From the NCBI RefSeq assembly GCF_963921235.1, contig NC_086097.1, forward strand, positions 130,760,001-130,824,000: a stretch of DNA of 64,000 nt. Direction: 5' to 3'. Origin of the DNA: Mobula hypostoma. Taxonomy: Eukaryota. The position numbers and the translations under genes are program-made. This document shows positions 25,195 to 38,078 of this stretch, piece by piece. Position 1 is the stretch's first letter, and each line of letters opens with the position of its first letter. Under the pieces are notes generated by a model. It did no database searches, was not told where the DNA came from, and saw nothing but the letters and a program-made list of their open reading frames with translations.

Positions 25195-25680
25195 AGTAGA
25201 CAGAACATAAAACAGTACAGTACAGGACCAGGCCCTTCAGCCCATGATGCTGTGCTGAAATAACTAAACTAGTTAAACACTTAAATGAATCCTTTTTGCC
25301 TGAACAAAGTGCGCCTAAGAGCCTCTTAAATGACAATGTTTACCTCCATTCTCACCACCCCAATCAGAGGATTCCAAACATCCACCACTGTGTAAGAAAA
25401 ACTTGTCCTGCACATCTCCTTTGATCTCGCCCCTCCCCATCAACTTAAATGTACACCCTCTATTATAAGACATCTCAACCCTAGAAGAAAGATACCAGTT
25501 GTCTACTCTATCCATTCTTTCCACAATCTTATAAACTTCTACCAGGTCTTCCCCTCAACCTCTGCCATTCCAGAGAAAACAGTCCAATCATTCCCAACAG
25601 CAAGCGCCTTCTAATCCAGACAGCATCCAAAGCCTCCACATCCTCCATTTAATGTAATGAGCAGAAATGAATGTAATACT
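25195..25680 (-). repeat. CR1 3' fragment
   Basis: ERMDRVD...RG..FKL peptide and GGGCTGAAGGGCCTG 3' UTR motif as in 8094-8568. Confidence 0.7.
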
Positions 25681-27030
25681 CGAGAGTAACTCAGATATAC
25701 TGATTATAACGATACTCTGGTTAGTGACATTTGTACCTACAGCAACCTTTATCTTTTCTATATTTTTATGTCTCTTTATTGGCTCAAACCTAACCCTCAT
25801 TTCTGACTTCACTATTCTTGCTACCCCTAAACTGGTAAGAACATTCTCATCTGTAATATTCACTAACTCGCAAAACAAATCTCAGAAACTGCTTATGGTT
25901 AAGATTTCCTATTGTTAGCTGCAATGTTAGGGCAGAGCAAGGAGAAAAATATGTGAGTTAAGAATCACCGAAGAAAGTGGGTGACTCAGAATGAGGCATT
26001 CAAAACCTTGAAACTGAAATGTGAGTGACACAGATTAAAAAAAAGTGAACTAAAAGCTGGAAGGAAAACAATTAAAATACATGCACAAGGGAAAATAATT
26101 TAGAAAAGCACAGATGAGAAAGCAGATGAAGGCAAGAAAAACAGCCAATCATTGTGCACATTGTGATTCTGGAAGGCAAAAGGGACAGGTACAACTTACT
26201 TTGGATAAAGCATCTTATTTCACTTAAAGGGCACAATTTCAAATTATTCCTAAACCTTGCACTGATTTACAAAAATACTGAGCATAAATTCATTTACTAT
26301 ATACTTCAAACAAAGAAGCAAAGCTCTGCCTGCCTTGAGAAAGTAGCAGATGAATCAAAATGTAAATTTATGCCAACCAGAAGGCATTGTATACAAACCA
26401 AGGGGTAGGTTTACAATACTGAAAGGATTTAGTTGCACCTAAGGCTCATGCAGATTGTCAGTTGTTCTTCAGTCAACGTGGAAATAAAAAGAGTGCCACT
26501 GGTTTCTCTGTTTAGAGATAATATTGCTTACTTGGAAAAACCTCATTCGGCCAACACTGAATGATTTAAAAGGGAGACATCAATTGAACAATTTTGCTAA
26601 ATAAAGCTCTGGGGCACAATAGTAAAAGCAGTTTTCTTCAATAAAATATGCTTTTAGAATGGTGCTTCAGTGATTGCAAAACACTGGCAACATCCATCAT
26701 TCAAAGTACAAAAATATTCAATGAGATAAACAATGATCCACTTAGATTCTTTTTCCTTGGCCTGCACTGTATGTAATTCACTGTATGCTACATTAATATG
26801 GCTCAGTTAAATTATGAAAGTTTTTTTTAAATCTTACTTTCAACACAAGAACACACATTGCAAATTACTATTTAGTCATCCAGTTACAATTTAATTTACT
26901 TTGATTACTTTCCTTTTCTTCAAAAAAAAAGATTTATACAAGTGAACATGAGCCAGTGACAGATTTTAAATGGCAGACATATTCAATATCACAATATTTT
27001 CCCAATTTTAAAAAACAAAAAAAAACTGAC

Positions 27031-27276
27031 CTCATCAGGACTGGAGGCTTGGTATGTGCGGTTTTCATCGCTGAAATCCTGATCGGCCTCAGCATATTCT
27101 GTTTCCCCACGTGATTCATAGACAGGTGTAACATTGTGGCAAAGTGCAATGGCTTTCACAGCTTCATGGATACGGCTGTGGACCGACTTGCGAACTTTTG
27201 GAGCAGATAAAGTGGTTTTACTTGATGGGGTGTTGCTGGTGTTACTTCCTGTCATGTGGCTATGTGAATTGTTGCC
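27031..27276 (-). CDS. ATP9B: ATP9B internal exon (246 bp): GNNSHSH...[31 protein letters not shown]...[19 protein letters not shown] (N-domain)
   Basis: P4-ATPase LCHNV and YQASSPDE motifs. Acceptor TTTAAG|, donor |GTCAGT; phase 0/0. Confidence 0.93.
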
Positions 27277-27711
27277 CTTAAATAAAACAGAAGTCAAATT
27301 TTCCCATTTTATTTCCAGATAAAATAATTATTTTGCAATGCAGTGGCCTGGTCTATTTGGCGCACTGATACTAAGCTGTGACACGAGGGTGGGTGGTGTA
27401 TGGAAGACAAAAAAGTGTATGGTAACATTTAATTCATGCAATTTCATATCAGCTTATCATACCAAAACCACAATACTTAAAATATTAACATTTCATCTTA
27501 ATATTTTGCAGAGGCACATGTTATTTGCAAGTAACACCCAAGTCTTTTATAACAGAATCAGTACCACTGGCCTATAAATACAATGTAAATACTTTCACAA
27601 GTTCATCATAACTTTTCATTGAATTCCCAGGAACAAGAACATATTGTTCATCTTTGGGCAAACTTAAGATGTTGCACCAAAAATCAAATTATCCCAGCAT
27701 CAGAATAGTTA

Positions 27712-27939
27712 ACACAAGGAATTCTGCAGATGCTGGAAATTCAAGCAACACACATCAAAGTTGCTGGTGAACGCAGCAGGCCAGGCAGCATCTCTAGGAA
27801 GAGGTACAGTCGACGTTTCAGGCCGAGACCCTTCGTCAGGACTGTCCTGACGAAGGGTCTCGGCCTGAAACGTCGACTGTACCTCTTCCTAGAGATGTTG
27901 CCTGGCCTGCTGCGTTCACCAGCAACTTTGATGTGTGTT
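27712..27939. mobile_element. Non-coding palindromic mini-element derived from a Penelope terminal repeat
   Basis: TSD ATCAGAATAGTTA at 27699-27711 and 27940-27952. 96-bp arms 27747-27842 and 27844-27939 with one mismatch. Sequence resembles the termini of the element at 9412-11458. Confidence 0.88.
27844..27877 (+). ncRNA. Minimal hammerhead ribozyme motif (Penelope type); mirror copy on the minus strand at 27809-27842
   Basis: GTC-CTGACGA-AGG(gtctcgg)CCT-GAAAC-GTC-GAC: CUGANGA and GAAA cores, GUC triplet, stem I GTC/GAC, loopless palindromic ACGT stem III. Confidence 0.7.
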
Positions 27940-28154
27940 ATCAGAATAGTTATATATGGTAGATCTTGATGTCTTTATTTTGATAAAATGCTGTTAAATG
28001 AACATTCTGTAACTGAATACAAAAATAATTTAAGTAATTTCCCCCTCCTTTTCGTTGGATGGCCTCAAAAATCAGAGACAACCCACAACTTATTATCAGT
28101 TCTCAGTGTACGAGGTAAATAATTACATTTACAAAAAAAAGCATCTACCTTGAT

Positions 28155-28325
28155 GCAAGCATTAGATAGATTTTTACATAGTAGGGGAATTAAGGGTTAT
28201 GGGGAAAAGGCAGGTAGATGGAGCTGAGTTTACAGACAGATCAACCATGATCTTACTGAATGGCGGGGCAGGCTCGATGGGCCGGATGGCCTACTCCTGC
28301 TTCTATTTCTTATGGTCTTATGTTC
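28155..28325 (+). repeat. CR1 3' UTR fragment
   Basis: 'tagatagattttt...gggttatggggaaaaggcagg...ggcctactcctgcttctatttcttatggtcttatg' CR1-type end. Confidence 0.7.
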
Positions 28326-28766
28326 ATTGCAAATTATTTTCCAGCTACCTGCCAAGTTCAAAAGCTTGACAACAGCACAACTGAAGTACCAAAAGTTTGA
28401 TAATATCGTGTCAGGATTACTAGCATTGCACAGATTTTACATAACACATTTGAAATGAGCATCTTCCCTTTTTCTAGAATAATTATATCCAGTTTTACTA
28501 TTTATTTTTCTCATTTTATTATAAATTTCCTCTAAACATGAAATACAGGATGAAGCATCATTTTCAAATTTGATTTGTAAAGGCATGTTTGTGATCAGGA
28601 TTACAGTTCCTGTGCTTTAAGAACAAGTAAATACGACTCCCAAGAGTCTTATAGCATTTTTTTTTAAAAAATGGAAGATTGGTAGCTACAGTGGAGCCTA
28701 ACGGGGCCATTAACTTTCAGTCAAGAGTAACATTAATTTAAATTTGACCACATTCTGTAGAAACAA

Positions 28767-28820
28767 ATATATATACATACACACACACATATATACACAC
28801 ATACACACACGCGCGCGTAT
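28767..28820. repeat. Compound (TA)/(CA)/(CG) microsatellite
   Basis: Alternating purine-pyrimidine tract of about 54 bp. Confidence 0.85.
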
Positions 28821-30169
28821 TTACAAATTTTGCAGGGAAAGGAAAATAAAAATAATCAGCAGAGATTAGAATTAACACCTCATCAAAAGGCACAGCAAGT
28901 TTTACAGTTAATATACCTCCCACCACCTCATTGAAACAGCATTATAACATGAATTTTTTTTAGAGAAAGTGAATATTTTAATAAATAGCATTATATGCAA
29001 ATGTTAAAATGTCAGTGAAAATCTCAAATATTATACCCAAGTATATGCATCCCTATTTAACAAACAAGTCCTTATCTTTCTTGTCGACATTAAATACACA
29101 ACAGGCCAAAATAACATAAATGACACAACCTCTGTATCTCCTTTGTCACATTAGATTGTTGGAGTCATGCTGCGCCTTTTACAAGCACCGACTCTGCACT
29201 GTCATGCATATAAGCTCCAATAAGATCCAGCTGCTTCTGACAGAATTTATCTCCTCCAGTGAAGCAGATCATTTTCCATTATTAACCTCCTACCCAGTGA
29301 AGGCCTTCAGGCCAGGATGTGAAATGACATACATCTCTGATCCCACCATCTCTATCAACCAGTTTTCTGTTAACTTTAAGTTGACCTTACTTCATTCCAT
29401 TTTAACCAGTCTCTTGTTGCCTGGGTGTGCTAAATTACTGAACCGTGAACCTTCTGCCCATCAAATTACAGTGTTGCCTAATAAAAGGTTTAACTTTTTA
29501 TTTATCTGACAGCTTCTTCAGTTTCAGGATAAGGCTGCATTTGTATTCTTCCAACACCAATGCTACTCCAACAGCAAATAAATTAAGCTTGTTTACTCAC
29601 CCTGCATGGTTATGTGTATTGATGCTGGTATAATTTAATTTCAAACAAATTCCATTAAAGATTATGCCCTGTGTCACAAAATGTTTCTAGTGGAGAAATA
29701 TAATAAATTTACTATAGATTTGTATTATATCATTGTAGATCTATTAGACTATCATATTTATATAAAAATGTGATGCTAAATTCAATGCCACATCAAAATT
29801 GCCAACTGCTGCTAATGGTTTGGCAATTCTAATTAATTATATTACAGAGACAGCCTATATCAGTTGCTCTTTTCAAATATATCCAGAAAATAGTGCATAC
29901 ACCCCTTCAATTAATTTCTACTTCAAAAGTAGTAAAACCCCAACTAAAAGAGGAATTGCTTTATATCTTGTCATATGAAGACATTTCTCTGTACTTCCAG
30001 CTGCAAATACTTGAAAAGTTACATTTACATCGCAGCTTTCAAGATCTCTAGACACCCAAGGCACTTCACAATGATTTAAGTAAAATGCAAAATAAGCATC
30101 ACCTAGGTACATCTATCTCCCTTCTCTCCTACTGAGAACACAAGTTGAAAATAAGCCGGTGAATGAAGG

Positions 30170-30450
30170 TTCTCGCTAGTTCAGGAGCCTGATGGTCATA
30201 GGGTGGTAACTGCTCCTGAACCTTGAGGTTTGGGACCAAAGGCTTCTATACCACTTGCCCAAGACAGCATGGCCTGGATGGTGAGTATTATTGATGGTGG
30301 ATGCTGCATTCTTATAGAAGCTATGTAAATTTTCTCAATGGTGGGGAGGGCTTTGCCTGTGATAGACTGGGTTCTGTCCATCACTTTCTGTAGTCTCTTC
30401 CATTCCAGGGCATAGGTATTTTCATACCAGACCATGATGCAACAAGTTAT
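30170..30450 (-). mobile_element. Rex1/Babar-like LINE fragment
   Basis: CCIMVWY...KRLQKVMDRTQSITG peptide is homologous to the 47680 ORF. Confidence 0.65.
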
Positions 30451-31299
30451 TGCACATCTAGGAGCAAGCTCTAATACATGCATAGGCCAAGGTCTGCTGG
30501 TCAATGTTAATCTTTGTGATGTCCTAGGTTTTAGCTACAGCCAATCTGTCAACTAGATGAATTTGAGTGAGAAAGAGATTTCTGCATGACAGAGAATGCT
30601 TGAGGTGCGCAGGCAGTGGGTGGACACCAATCCGATCCAATGTGCTACCCCGTGAATAATCACAAAACTGGAGGATATTTCTGGAAAAAAGTGACTTATT
30701 CTTTAGAACATTATGCTTGGATACGTGGACTTAAAACAAGCCGCCAATTATTTGTTAGGGGTGTGTTGCAAGAATGTATTGGTGCCTGTTTTGGAGAGAT
30801 AAATGACTGAAAATTTGGACATTTAAGTGTGTATGTATAAAGGATGCATTTTTGACTGTGGTTTGATCAACTTGCGAGGCAGGGTTTTGGTTAGGGAATG
30901 TGGATTAGAGCCAAGCAGTAAATATTAATTGGCATGAACAGAAGTAGAAAATTATAAATAATCAATTGCATTCAGTGCTTAAATTTTTTTGTATTGACAA
31001 CTTTTTAAAAAATTGGCACAACAATTTCTTCATTAAATACATCAGCTTCTGCAGATATTCTGGGCTTCATTATATACTTGCTATAAAACTGACAATGTTT
31101 TTCTGCTAAAATATCAAAAGCATATAATTGACAAAACTTCAACTTTAATATTCTCAACAGATGGCGACCTAAAGAAGAAAGAGAAAATTATTATTGGACA
31201 AAATATCCTGTAGCTTGACAGCAGTTTGATTTTGGGACATCAAAGCCAGTCGACATTTAAGACAAGTGAAAAACGTTTTAACATAGCTTTCAGTGGAAC

Positions 31300-32200
31300 A
31301 CATGAATAGGAGCAATAAAGGCCACCTGATCCTCCAGCCTGCCCGTTAGTGTATAGGATCATGGCTTATCAGTCCCAGACCCCCTACGTGCCAGATCCTA
31401 AAAGCTCTCAATTGCTTATCCTTCAAAAAATTACCCATCTCCATTTGAAATACTTTTATTGATTTAGCCTCCATAATCCTGGTGTTAAGAATTCCAAATA
31501 TTTCACGAACTCTGCGAGAAAAATTTTACATATTACTGTTTTAAATAATCGGCTCCTTATCTTGAATCTAAATCCTCTCATCAGATTGTTTCCACTAGTG
31601 AAAACATCTTGACATTTACCCTACATTGCCTCCTTAGGATCTTAGATGTTTTATTAAGATCAACCTCCTCCCTATGCTTCTAAACTCTTAACAAATGCAG
31701 ATGTAACCTGTTTATCCTCTCCTGATAGACCAACGCTCTCATCTCAGGAATTAGTCTGGTGAATCATCTTTGCTTTGCTTCCAATGCTAATCTTTCCCTA
31801 TGTCAGGAGACCAAATCAATGCAAAATATACTGGGTGCGTGGCCTCACCAACATCCTATACAATTGTAACAAAACTTCCCCATTTTATGATCTTGCAATA
31901 TCCCATATTAAACTTCATTTGCAAGTTTTTGTCCATTCACTCATTCTATATCTCCTTGCAGAATCACAATGTGCTTTTCAAAAAAAAGTCTTTGATTACT
32001 TTGTGTCATCTCAAACCTAGACTTCTTATATTCTGGCCCCACTTCCAAGTCATTAATATAATTGATAAATAATTGAGGGACAAGAACTGATCCCAGGGGT
32101 ACTGCACTAGTCATATTCCTCCAGCCCAGAAGAAAAACATTTCTTCCAAATATCAAGTTTTTATGTGATATTCAGCTTTCAATCTGTGCTAATACAATTA
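31300..32200 (-). repeat. Old CR1 fragment with internal deletions
   Basis: WRNMTSAVPLGSVLVPQLFINYINDL RT motif (ORF 31941..32156) plus a CR1-like 3' UTR near 31300. Confidence 0.7.
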
Positions 32201-32426
32201 CTACCAGCATTTCTAGAATAATACTTCAACCACGGATTTGACATTTTGTTTCCCATTCGGTGAAGTTTATCACTGAAATCAGTAGATCTGTAAATGTTCA
32301 TTTCTATTCTTTCTTGCATTATACAATTCAAAGACCCTGGATACCAATGGTAGACAGACTATAAAATTTGGTTCTTGAACATATTTCATGATTTTTTTTA
32401 ATAAATCTAAGAAAATGGATCTAAAC

Positions 32427-33005
32427 CAGGGGTCCCCAACCTTTCCTACTCTACGGACCCGTTTAATATTGACAACATTCTTGCGGACCGGCTGACGGGG
32501 TTGGGAAGGGGGGGTGGTGTTCAAGTAGGGTTGACAAATTTCTCATTCCAAAATAAGGGACAAAAGTAGCAGTCAAATACAGGACACTTGTGTTTACCCC
32601 AAGAAAGACTACAATGACCATGAAGCCTTGCGCGGGCACCTGTGTGCGCATACATGACGTGCACATGCATGGACGTGCCGATTTTTTTTCTACAAATCGG
32701 TTTTGGCTTAATTTTCCCAATTCTGTTAAGTGAAACTACACTGTACATACATTATTTCTACTTTATATAGGCTGTGTGTTTATCATATCATTCCTGCTTT
32801 TATTATCTGTTAGTGTTATTTTAGGTTTTATGTGTTATTTGGTATGATTTGGTAGGTTATTTCAACAGTGAGTGACAGGGAATGAGGAAAGGTGCAGCTG
32901 ACTCATATTGTTTCATATCGCCAAATCATATCGTTTCCTCGCAGCCCGGTAGCACATGCTTTGCAGCCCAGTACCGGTCCGCGGCCCGGTGGTTGGGGAC
33001 CACTG
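32427..33005. mobile_element. Non-autonomous hAT (Charlie-like) MITE, 579 bp
   Basis: 15-bp TIRs CAGGGGTCCCCAACC / GGTTGGGGACCACTG (one mismatch). Perfect 8-bp TSD ATCTAAAC at 32419-32426 and 33006-33013. Confidence 0.92.
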
Positions 33006-33309
33006 ATCTAAACTATTCACAATTCTGTTCGCTGAAGCTTCTGGTTAATTCTCCTGTCATGTGAAAGTTAACGTCAAGACTTGGAGCTTCCAACAGCAAA
33101 AGTTCTAAGGAATGGTTCTGCCTGTTGAACAGAGCTCTTTTAATACTGATCAGTTACAGCAGTGTTTTGCCTTCCACATCCGTATCCACCCCCCCACCAC
33201 CTTATCAAAGTTCCCCCTTTATAGGGACTGAAATGAAGTCTCACATCCATAATTGCTGTACCATGTTACAAATTACAGCCGCACATCCACCACTGTATCT
33301 GATACAGTG

Positions 33310-33630
33310 GACAGCATTGTAGCATAGCAGTTGGCACAAGATTTTACAGTACCAGCGATCAGCAACTGGGGTTTAATTCTCACTGCTGTCTGTAAGGACT
33401 TCGTACATTCTCCCCATGATTGCATGTTTCCTCAGGTGCCCTGTTTTTCTCCCACATTCCAAAGACTTGTGCATTAGGGTTAGTAAATTGTGAGCACGCC
33501 ATGTTGGTACCAGGCTCATGGTGACACTTGCAGGCTGTCCCCAGCACATCCTCGGAATGTGTTGGCCAATAACGCAAACTACAAATTTCACTGTATGCTT
33601 TCTGACAAATAAAGCTAACCTTTTATCTTT
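33310..33630 (+). repeat. tRNA-derived V-SINE (HE1-like)
   Basis: A/B-box-like head (GTAGCATAGCAGTTGG...GGGTTTAATTCTC) and V-core 'tttcctcaggtgccctgtttttctcccacattccaaagac'. Confidence 0.7.
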
Positions 33631-36249
33631 TACCATAATTTATACAGTAACAGCATTGTATCCATCAGTACCACATAATCGAGCCACAGTGACAGGTTTT
33701 CATCTCCCTGTACTCTACCCCAGTCTGGTACTGACACGGACCTGTACATTCTGGGTTTTGAGTTGAATGTGAACTCTGAATTGGATATTAGCCTATAAAA
33801 TTAGACCAAGTCCGAGAAGGTGCATAATATACGGCTTGTATCTGGTTGTCCTGGATACTCAAGCGAAGAAGGAATCCCCTAGGTTCATAATACATCGCCC
33901 ATAGTTGGAACTGTCAAATTTATTGCATTAAAGCTTTATGAGGTTTGATTCTGTCCTTTCTAGTGCTCACTAGTCAAGAGAATAACTAGGATGGCAGCTC
34001 ACTCACTGATCTTTAACACATTTTACAGAAGCTCTCAGAGATTCTTCATTATCACACTGCAGCTAAGTTATCCAGATGGTCTTTTAATTCTCATCCCAAT
34101 TAATGATGTTTATTCATCATTTCATCTGTCCCTTGGTCCTAAAATTAGAAGACGTAAACAGAAATAAATCTACAGATTTCATCAGATTAATTACATTTCA
34201 GTGGAGAACTCCATGCCATTTTCATGATGAAGTTAGTTTCATCTGGTAAAGCAAGTAAGTGACAGTTTTTTTTGAGTGAAACATCAAAATAAATATAACT
34301 CCATAAAATTACTCCTATCCACATGGCGAAGATTCTTAAAACAGTAGGGGTAGAAATACTTCAGTTCTTTGTTACATAAGCTAAGTATAACTTGAATGTG
34401 ATAAATCTCAATGCCGTCATTAAAACTGACTTTCTGAATCAGTGTGTGATGTACATGGTTCTTTAATTGAGAATGAGTTTATTTTTTACAGTTATGAACT
34501 AAATTTCAAAATATGCTAATTGTGCTGACATTTGAAATATTTATTCATGCATCAGTGTGAATTCTGCAGCTATTAGTTCTATAGCCATAAAAGCTTTGCA
34601 TGCTGCTCCACTGTACCTCAGTTGGCTACAGCAATTCTCATGTCCCAAGCACCTGTTGTCTTTATAGAAAGACCATTTGAACACATTATAAGGCCTTACA
34701 TTTAGATTTTGAGAGAAAATGGATTTCACTTTTTGGTCTATTAATATTCTTTGACAATAAAGTAATTTCAACTTCCAGTGATATATCTGAACAGACAAAT
34801 TGCACTTATTTTAACTTTAGTAATAATAGGAATTCAACCTAATTGAAATTGCATATTGACATCAAGCTGAATGAATAGTTAAAATCTCTCTGTATATAAA
34901 TACCATACCCACACTAATCCCAAGTCTCCAACAACTATATATACTACTCTCCAGCTCAGCACTTTTGACCATATGATGAACAACTACCACATAAACTCTG
35001 AGAGTTTATTCAACATCTGCCATATTTATTTGCTGTATTTATTCAATGAAAACAAAATAGCATGCAATTAAAGATCATGCTTTACAACTCCGGAATTCTT
35101 TCAAAAATCTCTGGAATACAATTTCTCACTTGTTGAAAGAAAAGAGTCATCCAGTCTTTGCACTTTCCATTTATATGTTCTATAGCCACAAACAGCTGGG
35201 ATACACAAACGTACTCCATTCACATTAGGCATCGGATATATACTTCAGAAATTGATGATGATATGCTTTCATAGAATTGAAAAGAATGCAAAACAATGGA
35301 TGTTAATTAATAATGGATAATTGTTTAGCCAACCAAAATACAGAACATTTAACTTAAGAATGCAGAAAATTCTATATCCTCCCACCAGATTTATAGGATG
35401 TTTAGTTTAGCATTATTCAACTGCTCACTCCACCCACTGGCCTACTCCATGAAATTAAAGATACATCTTAGGCTTTTCCTCCATGCACCCACCACCCTCT
35501 CTTTCCCCCAGCAACAGAATTGACAAGTGAAAAGGGGAAAAGATTTGAATAAGACCTTATTTCCTTCCTGCATGGCACTTCTTCTATAACTGTAACACTT
35601 TACCCTGCAGTCTGTATTGCTTTTCCCTGATATCAACTCAATGCATTGCTATAATGAAATGATCTGTAAGGACAATATGCAGATTTTCACTGTACCACAC
35701 TGCGTAAGTGACAATAACAAATAAATTTACCAAATTTAGAACCTTCTGTTGCACTATACATCCAATGTACCACTCTAGTACATTGCCTCAGCCACCATGC
35801 AATCTGCGGTATATTGCTCACTGACCACGACTTAGCCTCGAGCTGAGACAGTTTCTTTCTATGTGTGCCATATTAGCAAAGGCCAAACACAGCGTCCAGT
35901 ACATGGAACTGCATAAGAGATCTAGTCAACTCTTCCCTTGCTTCAATAACATCGTGGTGAAAGATCAACAAGCAGTATCAGAGAAATAAATTCAGCATCT
36001 TCCTGAGCTGCACAACTCACAAAACGAAATCATACCTGTTTAGTATTCAGGTGACTTGCATCTTTCAGTGGATTAAAACAAGAATTCTAAAGCATTTTCA
36101 TGACCAACATGATCCTCTATGCGGCAAAAGAATTTCGGATACTTTTCACTCAGTTTAAATCCATAATAACTCTATTAAAGCACTAATTTCTTCACATTTA
36201 AATACACAATAGAAATAATTTGTTTCAAATGAACATCTGAAATATATAC

Positions 36250-36362
36250 CTGCGCATATGAGCCAATAATATGGTTTTGTATTTCATCCATTGTGTCTGT
36301 CCCGTAAGATACTGTGCCCAAGTGGAGACGTTTGAATACCATCTCATTCTGTGTAAGGGTTC
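36250..36362 (-). CDS. ATP9B: ATP9B internal exon (113 bp): (G)[37 protein letters not shown]
   Basis: Lies within ORF 36175..36393. Acceptor TTGTAG|, donor |GTATAT. Completes DKTGTLT. Confidence 0.95.
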
Positions 36363-38078
36363 CTACAATAAGCACAGAGAACAGTGTAGGCACAATTGCC
36401 GAAATTTACTAGCTGTATCAAATTGCATTTCAATAAAGAACATTCATTCAGATCTGAATAACCATACACTAATACAAATAACTCTATGGCACAATTTGCT
36501 CTGGATACAATAGTCTACTGTTTTCATTGTTGTTGATTAATTTTAGCAAAAATTTAAATATTAATGTGTTATGGCTATGTCAATAAGTTGCCAGATATGA
36601 TAGATAATTAAACATACTAAACCTCAAATTATATACTGAAATAACAAAATGATGTTTGAATGAATGCAAATTTAAAGAAAAGCTATAAGATAAAGAGAAC
36701 TAAATCCATAGGTCAGAAAAGCTGAGCAGGCATTGCATTCTTCTGGGTGATAAGAAACTATAATCCACAGCAATAATACTAAAATAAAGCTCAAATAAAA
36801 GTGAAATCCCTTTATATTCAATGAGAGAGTCATTAAATATATAAGATTTCAGCAGCATTGCTCACAAAACTAGTATGGTAATCTTAAATATGGTTCAAAA
36901 TAAATCACTATTGCAGCATGCTGCATTTAAAATTTAAAATGTCCTCTCCAAATAATTAATTCATCTCTCATTTTGCTGGAGTTAGTGTTGGGGAGGGGGC
37001 AGTACTTGCACACCAAGCAGAGTTCAACTCTTCACTATTTCTACTTTGGTCGCCAAAATAGCTTGTAAACAACCACCCCTGTGTCAATCAAAGTCAGATC
37101 CACAGCCATGTGATTAAAACAGCTAATTAATTGGCTGGTTTGACGGTTTACTGGCTGCCCTGACAATAGGCGGCAGATCCCTGAAGTGTCAAGAGTGAAG
37201 AATTTCCCGTAAAGATCAGGATGAAATAAAATTACCAAGGGACACCTATGAGCAGAAAATTAATATAACAACTTTCCTCTGTCATAAACTTAAAAAAAAT
37301 CCCACATTCCCTGCTAATTCTTTAGTTTTGTTCCATACACCCACTTACATAGACAAAGACTGAACAAATTATTCTGAGGAATCTATCTGTGTCTTTCTAA
37401 CCAGTTGCTAGGAAGTGCACAACAGCAGGACAGTGATGCATTTTAACAACTTCCCTTGTCACCCTGTTAGAAACAATTAGCCCTCACTCTGATAATCTAG
37501 TAAAAACTGGAAAATGGTCATAATATTTCAATATAACAAGTTGTAAGGCTTTTGATTCAAGATTCAAAAACAATGCAATTTTTTCTCAATTCATTTTTAA
37601 AGTAACTGTGTAATGCAAGATATACTGAAAAAAATGAAATCTTGAAAATCAAATGCTAACTCGACAACTCTACCAATCAAACAAATTCTAAATTGATATA
37701 TTCACACAAGCAAATGTCATATTCCTTAAGTTTTGTGGAAACAGAAAGAAGTTTTATTTTCCTATGTTTTTAGATTAATGACACATTTACATTCTTAACT
37801 AAAATTGTTTCCCTAAAAGGTTAAATTCTCCTTTATACAGTCTTACATTCATTATCCAGGGGTGTGGGCAGAGAGGTAGGAAAGTGAAACAGAAGGCTAC
37901 TAAGCCAGTGATACAGCTGTGGATTTTCAGTAAAGTACATGGCTACAGGGGCTTGCGATTTGTACAAGTGTCATGCATTTTAATTGTTACAGTTTTGCTT
38001 AATAATAACCATACTCTTAATCAAACACTGGGGTCAAGCCCACTTCAAATTTCAGCATCTGATCCCCAGCAGCCGAGC

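Noticed and set aside
27730..27969. 79-aa ORF across the palindrome
   Set aside because: Artefact of the repeat; no protein homology recognised.
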